64,000 nt of DNA from an uncultured Gammaproteobacteria bacterium (GTDB lineage Bacteria; Patescibacteriota; Microgenomatia; Woykebacterales; RBG-16-39-9b): assembly GCA_964643435.1 (NCBI GenBank), contig CAZXPY010000003.1, forward strand, positions 20,344 through 84,343. The letters run 5' to 3'. Positions 10,446-21,408 of this stretch are shown here, piece by piece. The first letter of the stretch is position 1; each line of letters opens with the position of its first letter. The translations under genes were made by a program, and so were the position numbers. Below the pieces are notes generated by a model. The model was not told the DNA's origin, ran no database searches, and saw only the letters and a program-made list of their open reading frames with translations.

Positions 10446-12517
10446 TTAGTGAGCATTATTGGGCCGCTATTGCCTTTAAGCCGTTGCCAAAGTTCTTCAG
10501 TAATAAAAGGCATAAAAGGATGCAAAGTAATTAAACAAGTTTCCAAAACCTGCTCTAAGGTGGCTTGAGCATGGGAACGGCGCTTCTTTGCCTTTTCAAT
10601 ATAAATATCAGCAAATTTGTGCCAAACGAAGTCGTAAAGAGAGTGAGCGGCTTGACCGAAACGGTAAGCCTCAATATCAGTAGTGACTTTCTTTCTGGTT
10701 TTTTCCAGCTCCTCCAAAATCCACTTATCCTCCGCATTTTTAATTTTGATCCTTCGACTCCGCTCAGGATCAACCCTGAGCTGGTCGAATGGGTTGAATT
10801 TTGCGTCTGAAAGACCAAGCTTTGCTTCAGTTTTAATTCCAGATTCACTCGAAAGAATGAATCTGGCGATATTCCAAAGCTTGTTAGCGAAATTTCTGGC
10901 CGCAATAATCGCGTCTTCACTAAATTTAATATCTTGCGTACCGGTATTTATGTACATTAACCCAAACCTGGTTGCGTCAGCCCCGTACTTTTCGATTAAA
11001 TCAATTGGGTCTATCCCAGTTCCCAGAGACTTACTCATTCTTTTACCCTCAATATTAAAAATAGTCGGGTGGACGTAAACTTTACTAAAAGGTTCTTTAC
11101 CCATAAACTCTAAACCAGAAAAAACCAGGCGACTTACCCACAAATTAATAATATCCCTAGCCGTGGAGAGAACTGTAGTTGGATAAAAATATTTAAGGTC
11201 GGCGGTTTTTTTAGGCCAACCAAAAACCGCAAATGACCAAAGAGCTGACGAGAACCAAGTATCTAAAACGTCCTCTTCCCCAGGCAAAGGAATTTTATGT
11301 CCCCACCAAATTTGTCTTGAGATATTCCAATCTTTGACATTTTTTAGCCAATTTAAATAAACTTTAGCCCACCTTTTGGGGATAAAGGTTACAGCACCCT
11401 CCTTAACGGCGTTTGCGGCGAGAAGTGCTAATTTATCCATTTTCAAAAACCACTGCTTGGAAACTAAAGGCTCAACTAGGCTGTTACAGCGGTAACAGGT
11501 AGGCATAGAAATTTGATAATTTTCTTCCTTTTCTAAGAAAGCCCCTTTTTTTAGATCTTCTAGAATCTTTTCTCTAGCCTTTACCTTGTCTAAATTAGCG
11601 TAAGGCCCACCTTCTTTGGTGATTTTCCCTTCCTCGTTAATTACCCTTATTAAGGGTAATTGATGGTGGCTGGCAATTTCAAAATCAATTGGGTCGTGGG
11701 CCGGAGTAACTTTGACAGCCCCACTACCAAAGTCTTTATTGACTAGAGAATCAGTTACAATTGGTATTTCTCGACCAAGTAGCGGTAAAATAGCCAATTT
11801 GCCCGCCAAAGAGGCATAGCGGCTGTCCTTGTTGTGGACAGCGACGGCGGTATCACCGAGCATAGTTTCGGGTCGGCTGGTGGCTACAGTTACAAAACCA
11901 CCGTCCTTAATAAGATATTTAATAAAATAAAGTTTGCCTTTAGTTTCAACATGGATAATTTCTAAATCGGAAAGGGAAGTAGCACAGCGGGAACACCAAT
12001 TAATAATTCGCTCACCTTTGTAAACCCACCCCTTCTTATAATAATGGAGAAAAGCGGTTTCGACTGCCTTGACGTAAGCGGGATCCATTGTATAGATAAG
12101 GCGACTCCAATCAGCACTAATGCCGAGTTTCTTAAACTGATCGAGAATCTTAAATCCGTATTTTTCCCGCCACTCCTTTACTTTTTCAATAAATTGCTCT
12201 TTTCCCAAGTCAAAACGCGTTTTACCTCTCTTTCCTAATTCTTTTTCCACTACCACTTGAGTAGCAATTCCAGCGTGATCTGTTCCGGGGACCCAAAGCG
12301 CAACTTCTCCTAGCATTCTTTTGTAGCGGATTAAAACATCCTGAATTGTTAAATTCAGGGCATGTCCCATATGCAAAGAACCAGTAATATTTGGCGGCGG
12401 CATAACCATAACAAAAGGCCTTTTGTTCTTAACTATTTTTACTGAAAATAAGCCCTTTTTTACCCAATCAGAGTAAATCCTTTCCTCAACTTTCTTAGGA
12501 TCGTAAACTTTATCCAT
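10430..12517 (-). CDS. valS: Valine-tRNA ligase (compact; no C-terminal coiled coil; palindromic insert)
   Basis: PPPNITGSLHMGH, GTDHAGIATQ, DWNISRQIWWGH, RMSKS, LHPFMPFITEE; likely start MDKVYDP. Confidence 0.96.
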   Translation of the reverse strand: MDKVYDPKKVEERIYSDWVKKGLFSVKIVKNKRPFVMVMPPPNITGSLHMGHALNLTIQDVLIRYKRMLGEVALWVPGTDHAGIATQVVVEKELGKRGKTRFDLGKEQFIEKVKEWREKYGFKILDQFKKLGISADWSRLIYTMDPAYVKAVETAFLHYYKKGWVYKGERIINWCSRCATSLSDLEIIHVETKGKLYFIKYLIKDGGFVTVATSRPETMLGDTAVAVHNKDSRYASLAGKLAILPLLGREIPIVTDSLVNKDFGSGAVKVTPAHDPIDFEIASHHQLPLIRVINEEGKITKEGGPYANLDKVKAREKILEDLKKGAFLEKEENYQISMPTCYRCNSLVEPLVSKQWFLKMDKLALLAANAVKEGAVTFIPKRWAKVYLNWLKNVKDWNISRQIWWGHKIPLPGEEDVLDTWFSSALWSFAVFGWPKKTADLKYFYPTTVLSTARDIINLWVSRLVFSGLEFMGKEPFSKVYVHPTIFNIEGKRMSKSLGTGIDPIDLIEKYGADATRFGLMYINTGTQDIKFSEDAIIAARNFANKLWNIARFILSSESGIKTEAKLGLSDAKFNPFDQLRVDPERSRRIKIKNAEDKWILEELEKTRKKVTTDIEAYRFGQAAHSLYDFVWHKFADIYIEKAKKRRSHAQATLEQVLETCLITLHPFMPFITEELWQRLKGNSGPIMLTKWPRD
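10746..10797. repeat. REP-like palindromic doublet inside valS
   Basis: Two inverted copies of TTCGAC-N2/3-GCTCAGG, each in its own stem (TTGATCCT/AGGATCAA; TCAACCC/GGGTTGA). Confidence 0.75.
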
Positions 12518-12575
12518 TGAGCCAATTATATACGTATCGGTTATTTTAGGCAATTACTTTAATTAAGGGAATAAT

Positions 12576-13556
12576 TTAAAAATGAAGTCCGGGGTCGGCT
12601 TTTATTTTTTGCCAGGCAACTGGTTTGTAGTTAAAATAAGCCGCTGCCGCAATCATCGCCGCGTTATCGATGGACAGACCAGGACCAGCGGCTACCACCT
12701 TGCTAGTAAAAGAGCTTTGCATTTTTTCGCGCAACCGCTGGTTTGCCGCAACCCCGCCAGCTAAGACAACCTGCGTGACCTTGAATTTGTTGGCTGCTTT
12801 GGAGGTTTTTGTAACTAGAACATCAACTATGGCTTCCTGAATACTTGCCGCCGCATCAGGAATGACTAGAGATTCTTTATTTATCGTTTTAATACTATTG
12901 GTAACGGCGGTTTTTAAGCCGGAAAAAGAAAAATCAAAATCGCCAGAGGCTATCAAGGGTCGAGGAAAATTAAAAGCTTTTGGGTTACCGCTCTTGGCAG
13001 ACCTTTCAATCTCTGGACCTCCGGGATAGGGAAGTCCTAGAAGCCGAGCAGTCTTATCAAAGGCTTCACCAGCCGCGTCGTCTCGGGTACCGCCTAGCCA
13101 AAGATAATTATTGTGGTTTTTTACTAAAAGCAAATCAGTGTGAGCCCCACTGACCACTAAAGCTAGGTAAGGAAATTTCGGGGCGGTTTGTTCTAGATAA
13201 CAACCGTAAATGTGGCCAATTAAATGATTTACTGGTACAATTGGTTTTTTCCAAGCAAAACTCAATGTTTTGGCGGCTTCAACACCAACTAATAATGATC
13301 CAATTAAACCAGGACCGACGGTTACCGCAACAGCATCAATACTGCTTTTGGAAAGTCTGGCGAGACGAAACGTTTCTTCTAAAACCGGGATTATTTCTTT
13401 AACTTGTTCTCGAGCTGCAGTTTCGGGAATTATGCCACCAGTTTTGGAATGCAACTGGGCAGAAGAAGACACAACATTGGATAAAATTTTTGTTCCATCG
13501 AGAACTACGGCAGCCGCAGTTTCATCACAACTAGTCTCAATACCCAAGATTCTCAT
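12576..13556 (-). CDS. tsaD: tRNA t6A synthesis protein TsaD
   Basis: ILGIETSCDET, GPGL, NHLIGH, DDAAGEAFDK, FSFSGLKT, DNAAMIA. Confidence 0.97.
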   Translation of the reverse strand: MRILGIETSCDETAAAVVLDGTKILSNVVSSSAQLHSKTGGIIPETAAREQVKEIIPVLEETFRLARLSKSSIDAVAVTVGPGLIGSLLVGVEAAKTLSFAWKKPIVPVNHLIGHIYGCYLEQTAPKFPYLALVVSGAHTDLLLVKNHNNYLWLGGTRDDAAGEAFDKTARLLGLPYPGGPEIERSAKSGNPKAFNFPRPLIASGDFDFSFSGLKTAVTNSIKTINKESLVIPDAAASIQEAIVDVLVTKTSKAANKFKVTQVVLAGGVAANQRLREKMQSSFTSKVVAAGPGLSIDNAAMIAAAAYFNYKPVAWQKIKADPGLHF

Positions 13557-13576
13557 CTAAATTAATTGTACTTTAT

Positions 13577-13615
13577 CCTGTAGTACTTGACAATGCTTGA
13601 CTGCTTTGCTATAAT
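13577..13615 (+). promoter_or_regulatory. Consensus sigma70 promoter with upstream CCTGTAG motif
   Basis: TTGACA (13587)-17 nt-TGcTATAAT (13610-13615). Confidence 0.8.
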
Positions 13616-13833
13616 GCCTATAGTTTTCAAAAGGCTGAAACGGTCGAGCCGGGAAATTCCGCCTGGATATTGGGTCTTTACCCAAAGAACCTCTAAAGGA
13701 AGCCCAGCGAGGCTCCTGCGGGGGTCGTAATAGATCCAGAGTGCCCAGCAAAACCGTGTAAGCGTATCGGAGAGGATCTGGCCGGGTGGTCACGCAGTCT
13801 GCGCATAAAAGCGCGGAAAGGAGAAGGCCATAT

Positions 13834-13926
13834 ATGGCTGTTCCAAGTAACCGGTCGTTTTTGGACAAGTTCAACGTCTTCGACCCGGTCGCCACCTCCG
13901 TCGGCGTGACCATCACCCCGATCTGA
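13834..13926 (+). CDS. Putative 30-aa peptide MAVPSNRSFLDKFNVFDPVATSVGVTITPI (not in ORF track)
   Basis: GAAAGGAG SD upstream of ATG; C/G-rich third positions; lies between a consensus promoter and a terminator. Confidence 0.55.
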   Translation: MAVPSNRSFLDKFNVFDPVATSVGVTITPI

Positions 13927-13991
13927 GGCGACCATCATCGTCTGGCCAGGTAACCTGATGGCGTAAAGCCCCAGGATCCTGGTCAAGACAA

Positions 13992-14066
13992 GCCCGCTGG
14001 GAGGAAAATCGCTACTCGAGATGATCAGAGCGAATACCCTTCTCCCAGCGGGCCTCTTACTTTTAT
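13992..14066 (+). terminator. Long-stem terminator-like hairpin
   Basis: GCCCGCTGGGAG/CTCCCAGCGGGC perfect 12-bp stem followed by CTCTTACTTTTAT. Confidence 0.7.
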
Positions 14067-14074
14067 AGACACTT

Positions 14075-14584
14075 TTAAACCGGCTGCTTTGGCGGCATCA
14101 AAAATTTCTTAGACTCTAAATCCAGGTCAACAAAACTATCCGCCTCACTAATTAATTTAGCACTGGTACTTTTACCAAAACCAATCACTTCAACCCGGTG
14201 TCCCTGGTTTCGTAAATACTCTAGGGCCGGTACGTAGTCTCCGTCTCCAGAAACTAAAACCATAACGTCTAGTTTTGGTCCTAGCCGGATCATATCGATC
14301 ACAATGCCTACGTCCCAGTCACCTTTTTTTACTCCGCCGGGAAAAATTTGAATATCTTTAGTTTTTACTTCAAAACCGCTTTTCTCTAAAGCTTCAAAAA
14401 AAGTTTGCTCTTCGGGTATATCGGCCTTAATTACATAAGCGAGTGCCCTTATTAACTGACGAGAATTAACCCCGGTTTCTAAAATTTTTGAAAAATTAAC
14501 CCTAGCGCCGTAAATATTGCGGGCACTATAATATAAATTTTGAACATCAACAAAAACACCGATCCGCTGGTTTATATTTCTCAA
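14075..14584 (-). CDS. NYN-domain (LabA/DUF88) protein
   Basis: VFVDVQN, KGDWDVG, VSGDGDY, V...FG...S..L...AD.F. Confidence 0.92.
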   Translation of the reverse strand: MRNINQRIGVFVDVQNLYYSARNIYGARVNFSKILETGVNSRQLIRALAYVIKADIPEEQTFFEALEKSGFEVKTKDIQIFPGGVKKGDWDVGIVIDMIRLGPKLDVMVLVSGDGDYVPALEYLRNQGHRVEVIGFGKSTSAKLISEADSFVDLDLESKKFLMPPKQPV

Positions 14585-16455
14585 ATACCTTCACCTCCTG
14601 TTCCAATTAAATAAATTGCTCGCCAAGGTTGATAATGAGTAACAAAATCTTCTTTTGAAACTAGGTTACCCTCTTTATAAACTTTTCTTGAAAAAATAGT
14701 ATCGGCTCCCCAGGCTTCAAAATCAACTTGCTTTTTTGTACCGGCCGGTAGGCTTACATCTTCCTGGAAAGAAGGAGACGGTGGGGGAACTAAGTTCTTA
14801 ACAATTGGTTTGCTGATCTCAATAACCCGATTGTCAGCCGTACCGTATATCTCAAAAGCTAAATAGGATTTGGCCAAATCAATTCTTCTTTGAATCAACA
14901 AATAATTCGGAGTGTCGTTTTTAAATTTTAAATCTGAAGTGGGAAAATAAACTGAAGCATCAATTCCTGGAGGGGAATCAAGTTCATAATAGCCAACTCG
15001 GTAGGCATGGGGGTGGCGTTCAACAACCGGCAAACCAGCGTTTAAAATAGCCCTAAAAAGGGTGGTTGAAACCTGACAAATTCCGCCACCGACCCCAATT
15101 TGGGTGCGGCCATTTATTATAATATAAGCTTCTCTAAAACCAGTGGTGGCTTCAACGTCACCAATCGCTTTGTGCATCGAAAAAGTTTCCCCAGGCGCAA
15201 TTAAAACGCCGTTTAATCTTTCAGAACCAAGCCTTATATTGTGAACCCTTCCTTCCCCGCTACCACCAAATTTAGATTCTCCTGTACCGAGAAGTTCTTT
15301 TATACCTAGGTTATTGACATTTTCAATTGTGACAGCTGCTTTAGTAATTTTTACTGGTAAATCAAGCGTTTTCTCCTCACCACTAAGAGAACTACTGATT
15401 AAGTTTACTAATAAATCTTCGTCAAGCTCTCGACCTTCCTGATGGGGTACAAAATTGGCGACTCTTCCTCCCTGAAATTCAAAACGGGCGTTAATAGAGG
15501 GTTGATCGATTTCTTGGGTGATTCTGGCCACATAATCTTTTACCGCGGCCGTATTTATCTGGACAAGCGGGTTTGATTTGGGAGAGGTTAACGAATAAAT
15601 TTTCTGTATTTGTATTGTGTAATTGGCAGTTTTTATTTTGAAAGCAGAGGAAGAGTCTCCAGAGTCTAGACTAATAAACTGCGCTAATTGCTTTGTGTCT
15701 AATTTCCAAGTCTTATTTCCCAATCGCAACGTTAATTTAGTGTTAAAAATCTTTTTGATGTCTTCTTGGGCAGCAATAACATCGGCTTCAGAGACAGTTG
15801 GTTCAACGATTCGAAGCTGACCAACCACTAAGGAAGAAAAATTTTTACTAGATTTTAATAAGGCGTTTTTTAAACCGGTTTTATCCAATTTTACGCCATT
15901 TTCCCCACCTTTAACGAGAAAATCTCTTCCATTGAAGCTAAAAGTAGCGTCTTCTGGAGCAACTTCAAACTGGGAACTTAAGTTATCTAAAAAAGAGTTA
16001 ATTTTTGTCTCGTCAATATCCAAAGAAACCCCGACCCCTTTTTTACCAAAAAAACCTTCTAAGATCTGCTTAGAAGATAGAAAAATATTTGGATCACGAC
16101 CGATCCTAAAGGCCTCTTTAATTGTATCTTTGGTATTAAAATCTATACCGGCGTCTTTGGGTTTAAAATTTTCTTGGTAATTGTCTATTTTTAAAGTAAA
16201 CCCTTCTTTTTTAAAACTAGTTATTTTTTGAACTACTCTTTCTTCAGCTTGCTCTAAATTTTGAGATCCCAGATTTATATTAGCGACAAAAATATTTGGA
16301 TAAATCCTTTCCCTAAAAACGTAAAAAAGGAGAAAAGTGAGGCACAAGAGGGCAAATAGAACAACGTAAAAAGATGTTAGAAACTGACCCTGTAGGTAAA
16401 AACCAGTGGATAAGTCTTTATTAATTGGTATCTGGTTTCTAGTTTTCTTAGCCAT
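14581..16455 (-). CDS. VanW-family protein with peptidoglycan-binding repeats
   Basis: N-terminal TM; R.HNI, PGETFS, GGGICQVSTTLF, DLKFKNDT. Confidence 0.9.
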   Translation of the reverse strand: MAKKTRNQIPINKDLSTGFYLQGQFLTSFYVVLFALLCLTFLLFYVFRERIYPNIFVANINLGSQNLEQAEERVVQKITSFKKEGFTLKIDNYQENFKPKDAGIDFNTKDTIKEAFRIGRDPNIFLSSKQILEGFFGKKGVGVSLDIDETKINSFLDNLSSQFEVAPEDATFSFNGRDFLVKGGENGVKLDKTGLKNALLKSSKNFSSLVVGQLRIVEPTVSEADVIAAQEDIKKIFNTKLTLRLGNKTWKLDTKQLAQFISLDSGDSSSAFKIKTANYTIQIQKIYSLTSPKSNPLVQINTAAVKDYVARITQEIDQPSINARFEFQGGRVANFVPHQEGRELDEDLLVNLISSSLSGEEKTLDLPVKITKAAVTIENVNNLGIKELLGTGESKFGGSGEGRVHNIRLGSERLNGVLIAPGETFSMHKAIGDVEATTGFREAYIIINGRTQIGVGGGICQVSTTLFRAILNAGLPVVERHPHAYRVGYYELDSPPGIDASVYFPTSDLKFKNDTPNYLLIQRRIDLAKSYLAFEIYGTADNRVIEISKPIVKNLVPPPSPSFQEDVSLPAGTKKQVDFEAWGADTIFSRKVYKEGNLVSKEDFVTHYQPWRAIYLIGTGGEGI

Positions 16456-16501
16456 TTTTAAGTTGAAACAACTCCTACCTTATGATACCATTTATAGGTT
16501 A

Positions 16502-17380
16502 ATGAGCCAAAAAATTCGTAAAGCAATAATCCCCGCTGCCGGCTATGGAACTCGGTTTTTGCCAGTTACCAAAGCAATGCCAAAAGAAATGCTTCCAGTA
16601 GTGGATAAACCAATTATCCAATACGTTGTTGAGGAAGCAGTCGAGAGCGGAATCGAAGATATAATTATTGTTACTGGAGCAAACAAAAGGGCAATTGAGG
16701 ATCATTTTGATCGGGCAAGTGAATTAGAGGATTGGTTAAAGGAAAATCATAAAGAAAAAGAACTAGAAGAAATTAAACGGATCGCTTCTTTAGCGAACTT
16801 TATTTATATTAGGCAAAAAGGAAACTACTACGGTAATGCCCTGCCAGTTCTTAACGCCGAACACTTAGTGGAAAATGAGCCGTTTGCCGTTCTTTGGGGA
16901 GATGAGTTTATTTATGGGGAGCCTCCCCGTCTAAAACAAATGCTTTCAGTTTTTGAAAAGTACCAGGCTCCAATTATAAGTGCTGTTCGTATTAAAAATA
17001 AAAAAGATTTAAGCCGTTACGGCATTGCTAAGGTAAAACCGGTAGAGGGGAATGTTTTTCAAATCGAAAAAATTGTTGAAAAGCCAAAACCGCAAGAGGC
17101 ACCATCTAACCTAGCCACTCACGGTGCATATATTTTGACTCCGGATGTTTTTCCAATACTTAGGAATTTAAAACCTGGTAAAAATAACGAACTTTGGTTA
17201 CCAGATGCCGTTAGTGAACTTATTAAAAAAAGGCCCGTTTATGCAGTTGAGATTGAAAACGCCCGCTATTACGATACGGGTAATAAGTTGGAATATTTAA
17301 AAGCAAATATCGATTTCGCTTTAAGAAGCGAAGAGTTTAATGGAGAGCTTCTAAAATTTTTGAAAAATATTGTAAAGTAA
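16502..17380 (+). CDS. galU: UTP-glucose-1-phosphate uridylyltransferase
   Basis: KAIIPAAGYGTRFLP, PKEMLP, VEKP. Confidence 0.95.
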   Translation: MSQKIRKAIIPAAGYGTRFLPVTKAMPKEMLPVVDKPIIQYVVEEAVESGIEDIIIVTGANKRAIEDHFDRASELEDWLKENHKEKELEEIKRIASLANFIYIRQKGNYYGNALPVLNAEHLVENEPFAVLWGDEFIYGEPPRLKQMLSVFEKYQAPIISAVRIKNKKDLSRYGIAKVKPVEGNVFQIEKIVEKPKPQEAPSNLATHGAYILTPDVFPILRNLKPGKNNELWLPDAVSELIKKRPVYAVEIENARYYDTGNKLEYLKANIDFALRSEEFNGELLKFLKNIVK

Positions 17381-17432
17381 TGGTAGTTTTGCTACACTTA
17401 GATTAGATTTAAGGTTCGAATCCCTATTTTGT

Positions 17433-18806
17433 ATGGCTGCCCTTAGGTTTGTTTTCATTTTTATCATCGCTTCAGCACTTTTATTAGGTGGATTTCTTTT
17501 TATTTCAACAAAAACCGATTTATTAAAACCAAGCCCAAAAGAAGTCACTTTAAAATATTGGGGTTTTTATGAACCGTCAACTGTCAAACTGATTATTGAA
17601 GATTACCAAAAAACTCATCCTAAAGTAAAAATTAGTTACGAAAAATTTTCCCCTCAAAATTACCGGGAAACTCTGCAAACAAGAATAAAGGATAATCGAG
17701 GACCAGATATTTTTAGATTTCATGCCAGTTGGGTTCCGGTCTTAAAAGCGGAACTTTCTCCTCTTCCTAAAGAAATTATGGACGATAAGAACTTTACCGA
17801 AGCGTTTTACCAAATTGCGGCGGAGAACTTAAAGAGCGGAGGCAATTTTGTAGGCATTCCCTTAGAATACGATTCTTTAGCTTTAATCTATAATAGCGAT
17901 TTATTAAAAGCAGCTGGATTAGAAAAACCACCCGCTACTTGGAATGAACTTAGGTTTAACTATGCCCCAAAGTTAGCCCAAAGAGATGAAACTGGCCGAC
18001 TTACGGTGGCCGCGGTTGCTTTGGGTAGTAATATAAATGTTGATTATTCTTCGGATATCCTAGGGTTGATGATGCTCCAAAACGGGGTTAGTTTTTTTGA
18101 TGACGGCAAAGTTTTATTTGATAAAAGTTTATCCTCCGATACCCCACCCCGTAATCTAGGAGCGGATGCACTGACCTTCTTCACTCTTTTCATAAATCAG
18201 GATCGAGTTTGGGATGAAACTTTGCCAAATTCAATTCAAGCCTTTGCAAACGGTAAAGTGACGATGATTTTTGCACCAAGTGCAAAAATTTTTGAGATTA
18301 TCAAAACTTTTCAATCAAGTGGAAAACAAATAAATTTTGGGGTAGCTCCGATACCACAATTAATCTCTGATTCTAATAGAAGAGTTAGTTGGGCCTCTTA
18401 TTGGGCAGAAGGAGTTTCAACTAAAAGTAAACTTAAAAAAGAAGCTTGGGAATTTCTAAAGTTCCTTTCCGAAAAAGAAACTTTAAGAGCTCTTCATCTA
18501 GAAATAAGAAAAGAACAAACATTTAGTCCAATTCCTTCAAGAAAAGATTTAAGTCAGGAACTTTTAACCGATAGCTTCTTAGCGCCTTATGTAAGCGAAG
18601 CCCCTTATGCAAAAAATTGGTATATGAACTCTTTTACGTTTGACAACGGATTAAATGATAAGATTATCGAAGAATTCTCTATCGCAATCCAAGAAGCTTT
18701 AAAAGGTTCAGACGCTAAAGGATCTTTAGTAGCGGCGGGTAAGAAGGTTGAACAGATCTTAACAGAGTTTAATTTAATCCAACCCCAATCTACCAAAAAA
18801 CCTTAA
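17433..18806 (+). CDS. Extracellular solute-binding protein (family 1, sugar ABC-type)
   Basis: N-terminal anchor, GPDIF, LIYN.DL, PATW, FANGK, AWEFLKF. Confidence 0.85.
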   Translation: MAALRFVFIFIIASALLLGGFLFISTKTDLLKPSPKEVTLKYWGFYEPSTVKLIIEDYQKTHPKVKISYEKFSPQNYRETLQTRIKDNRGPDIFRFHASWVPVLKAELSPLPKEIMDDKNFTEAFYQIAAENLKSGGNFVGIPLEYDSLALIYNSDLLKAAGLEKPPATWNELRFNYAPKLAQRDETGRLTVAAVALGSNINVDYSSDILGLMMLQNGVSFFDDGKVLFDKSLSSDTPPRNLGADALTFFTLFINQDRVWDETLPNSIQAFANGKVTMIFAPSAKIFEIIKTFQSSGKQINFGVAPIPQLISDSNRRVSWASYWAEGVSTKSKLKKEAWEFLKFLSEKETLRALHLEIRKEQTFSPIPSRKDLSQELLTDSFLAPYVSEAPYAKNWYMNSFTFDNGLNDKIIEEFSIAIQEALKGSDAKGSLVAAGKKVEQILTEFNLIQPQSTKKP

Positions 18807-18822
18807 CCTCTCTTTCTAGGTC

Positions 18823-18883
18823 TTGACAAAGACGTTATTATTTATATAATCATTCATTAGCAGAGAAACATTAAGATTGATAG
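18823..18883 (+). promoter_or_regulatory. groESL promoter with degenerate CIRCE
   Basis: TTGACA (18823)...TATAAT; TTAGCAGAG-N9-GATTGATAG at 18857-18883 (consensus TTAGCACTC-N9-GAGTGCTAA). Confidence 0.65.
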
Positions 18884-18898
18884 TTTTTGCTTCAAAAT

Positions 18899-19210
18899 AT
18901 GGAAAAAAATAAATCTGTTAAACTAAATAACATTAAGCCGCTAGCTGGCTACGCTTTGATTGAGCCTCAAGAAGCCGAAGAAGTAACGGCAGCCGGAATT
19001 GTTTTACCCGATAGCGCCCAAGAAAAACCAGCTCAAGGTAAGGTTTTGGCAGTAGGAGGACCCTCTTTAATTGATGGTAGGAGAGTAAAACCAGAATTTA
19101 AAGTTGGCGACATTGTTTTGTACAAAAAATGGGGTGGAGACGAAATTAAAATTTACGGTAAGGAATTTAAGCTTGTTAAATTTGAAGATGTTATGGCAAT
19201 TTTAAAGTAA
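18899..19210 (+). CDS. groS: Co-chaperonin GroES
   Basis: IKPL, GIVLPDSAQEKP, G.VLAVG, KVGD. Confidence 0.96.
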   Translation: MEKNKSVKLNNIKPLAGYALIEPQEAEEVTAAGIVLPDSAQEKPAQGKVLAVGGPSLIDGRRVKPEFKVGDIVLYKKWGGDEIKIYGKEFKLVKFEDVMAILK

Positions 19211-19214
19211 ATAA

Positions 19215-20855
<1,641 letters not shown>

Positions 20856-20908
20856 ATTAATTCAAAATTTAAAAGGCAAAATTGGAAAAGAGCCGAAGCG
20901 TGTTTGTT

Positions 20909-21394
20909 ATGAGTAAATTTGAAACCCTAACACCACAGGAAGCTCTCCGTTTAGAAGGAGAGGCAGTTAAAAAGTACTCTCATGGAGAAAGTGAGCATCC
21001 TCACATTGAACCCCAAAAAGATTCTAATGTCTTGGCACGTTTTAAATCTGTGTTTCCTTTAGAAATTTTTCCTGATGAACTTGTAATTGAGGAAAAAAGA
21101 ATAATCTGGATTCACCGTTTTGGACCAGGGATGTGTGAGGTGCTCACCCTTTTGCCAATCGACATCAACCGAGTGGAGGCATCGAGTGGCCCTTTATTTG
21201 GGCATCTCCATATTTCTACCCTACGCCATGATGTTGAGATTTTAATGGAACGACTAACTCGCAAGAACACCTTTAAAGCAAGAGATTTAATTGAAGGCTT
21301 AATGGTAGTTGCCAAACAAAATTTAGAAATAAAAGGTAGTAGCCCCGAAGAAAAAATTGACTTCCTAACGAAGCTGACCCATGTTGAGATTTGA
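20909..21394 (+). CDS. Hypothetical protein, possible bacterial PH-like domain
   Basis: 'FP..L.I...RI...I..VE...GPLFG.L.I' pattern. Confidence 0.6.
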   Translation: MSKFETLTPQEALRLEGEAVKKYSHGESEHPHIEPQKDSNVLARFKSVFPLEIFPDELVIEEKRIIWIHRFGPGMCEVLTLLPIDINRVEASSGPLFGHLHISTLRHDVEILMERLTRKNTFKARDLIEGLMVVAKQNLEIKGSSPEEKIDFLTKLTHVEI

Positions 21395-21408
21395 TCTAAA
21401 GAACCAAT

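Noticed and set aside
13557-13986. Minus-strand ORFs of 119 and 97 aa
   Set aside because: No SD or family motif; promoter, SD and terminator all point to the plus strand; GC-rich shadow ORFs
13715-14060. tmRNA or RNase P RNA (GGGGGTCGTAAT start; GGAGGAAAATC)
   Set aside because: No matching T-arm/CCA end or tag frame, and no complete P4 signature; only short chance-level matches
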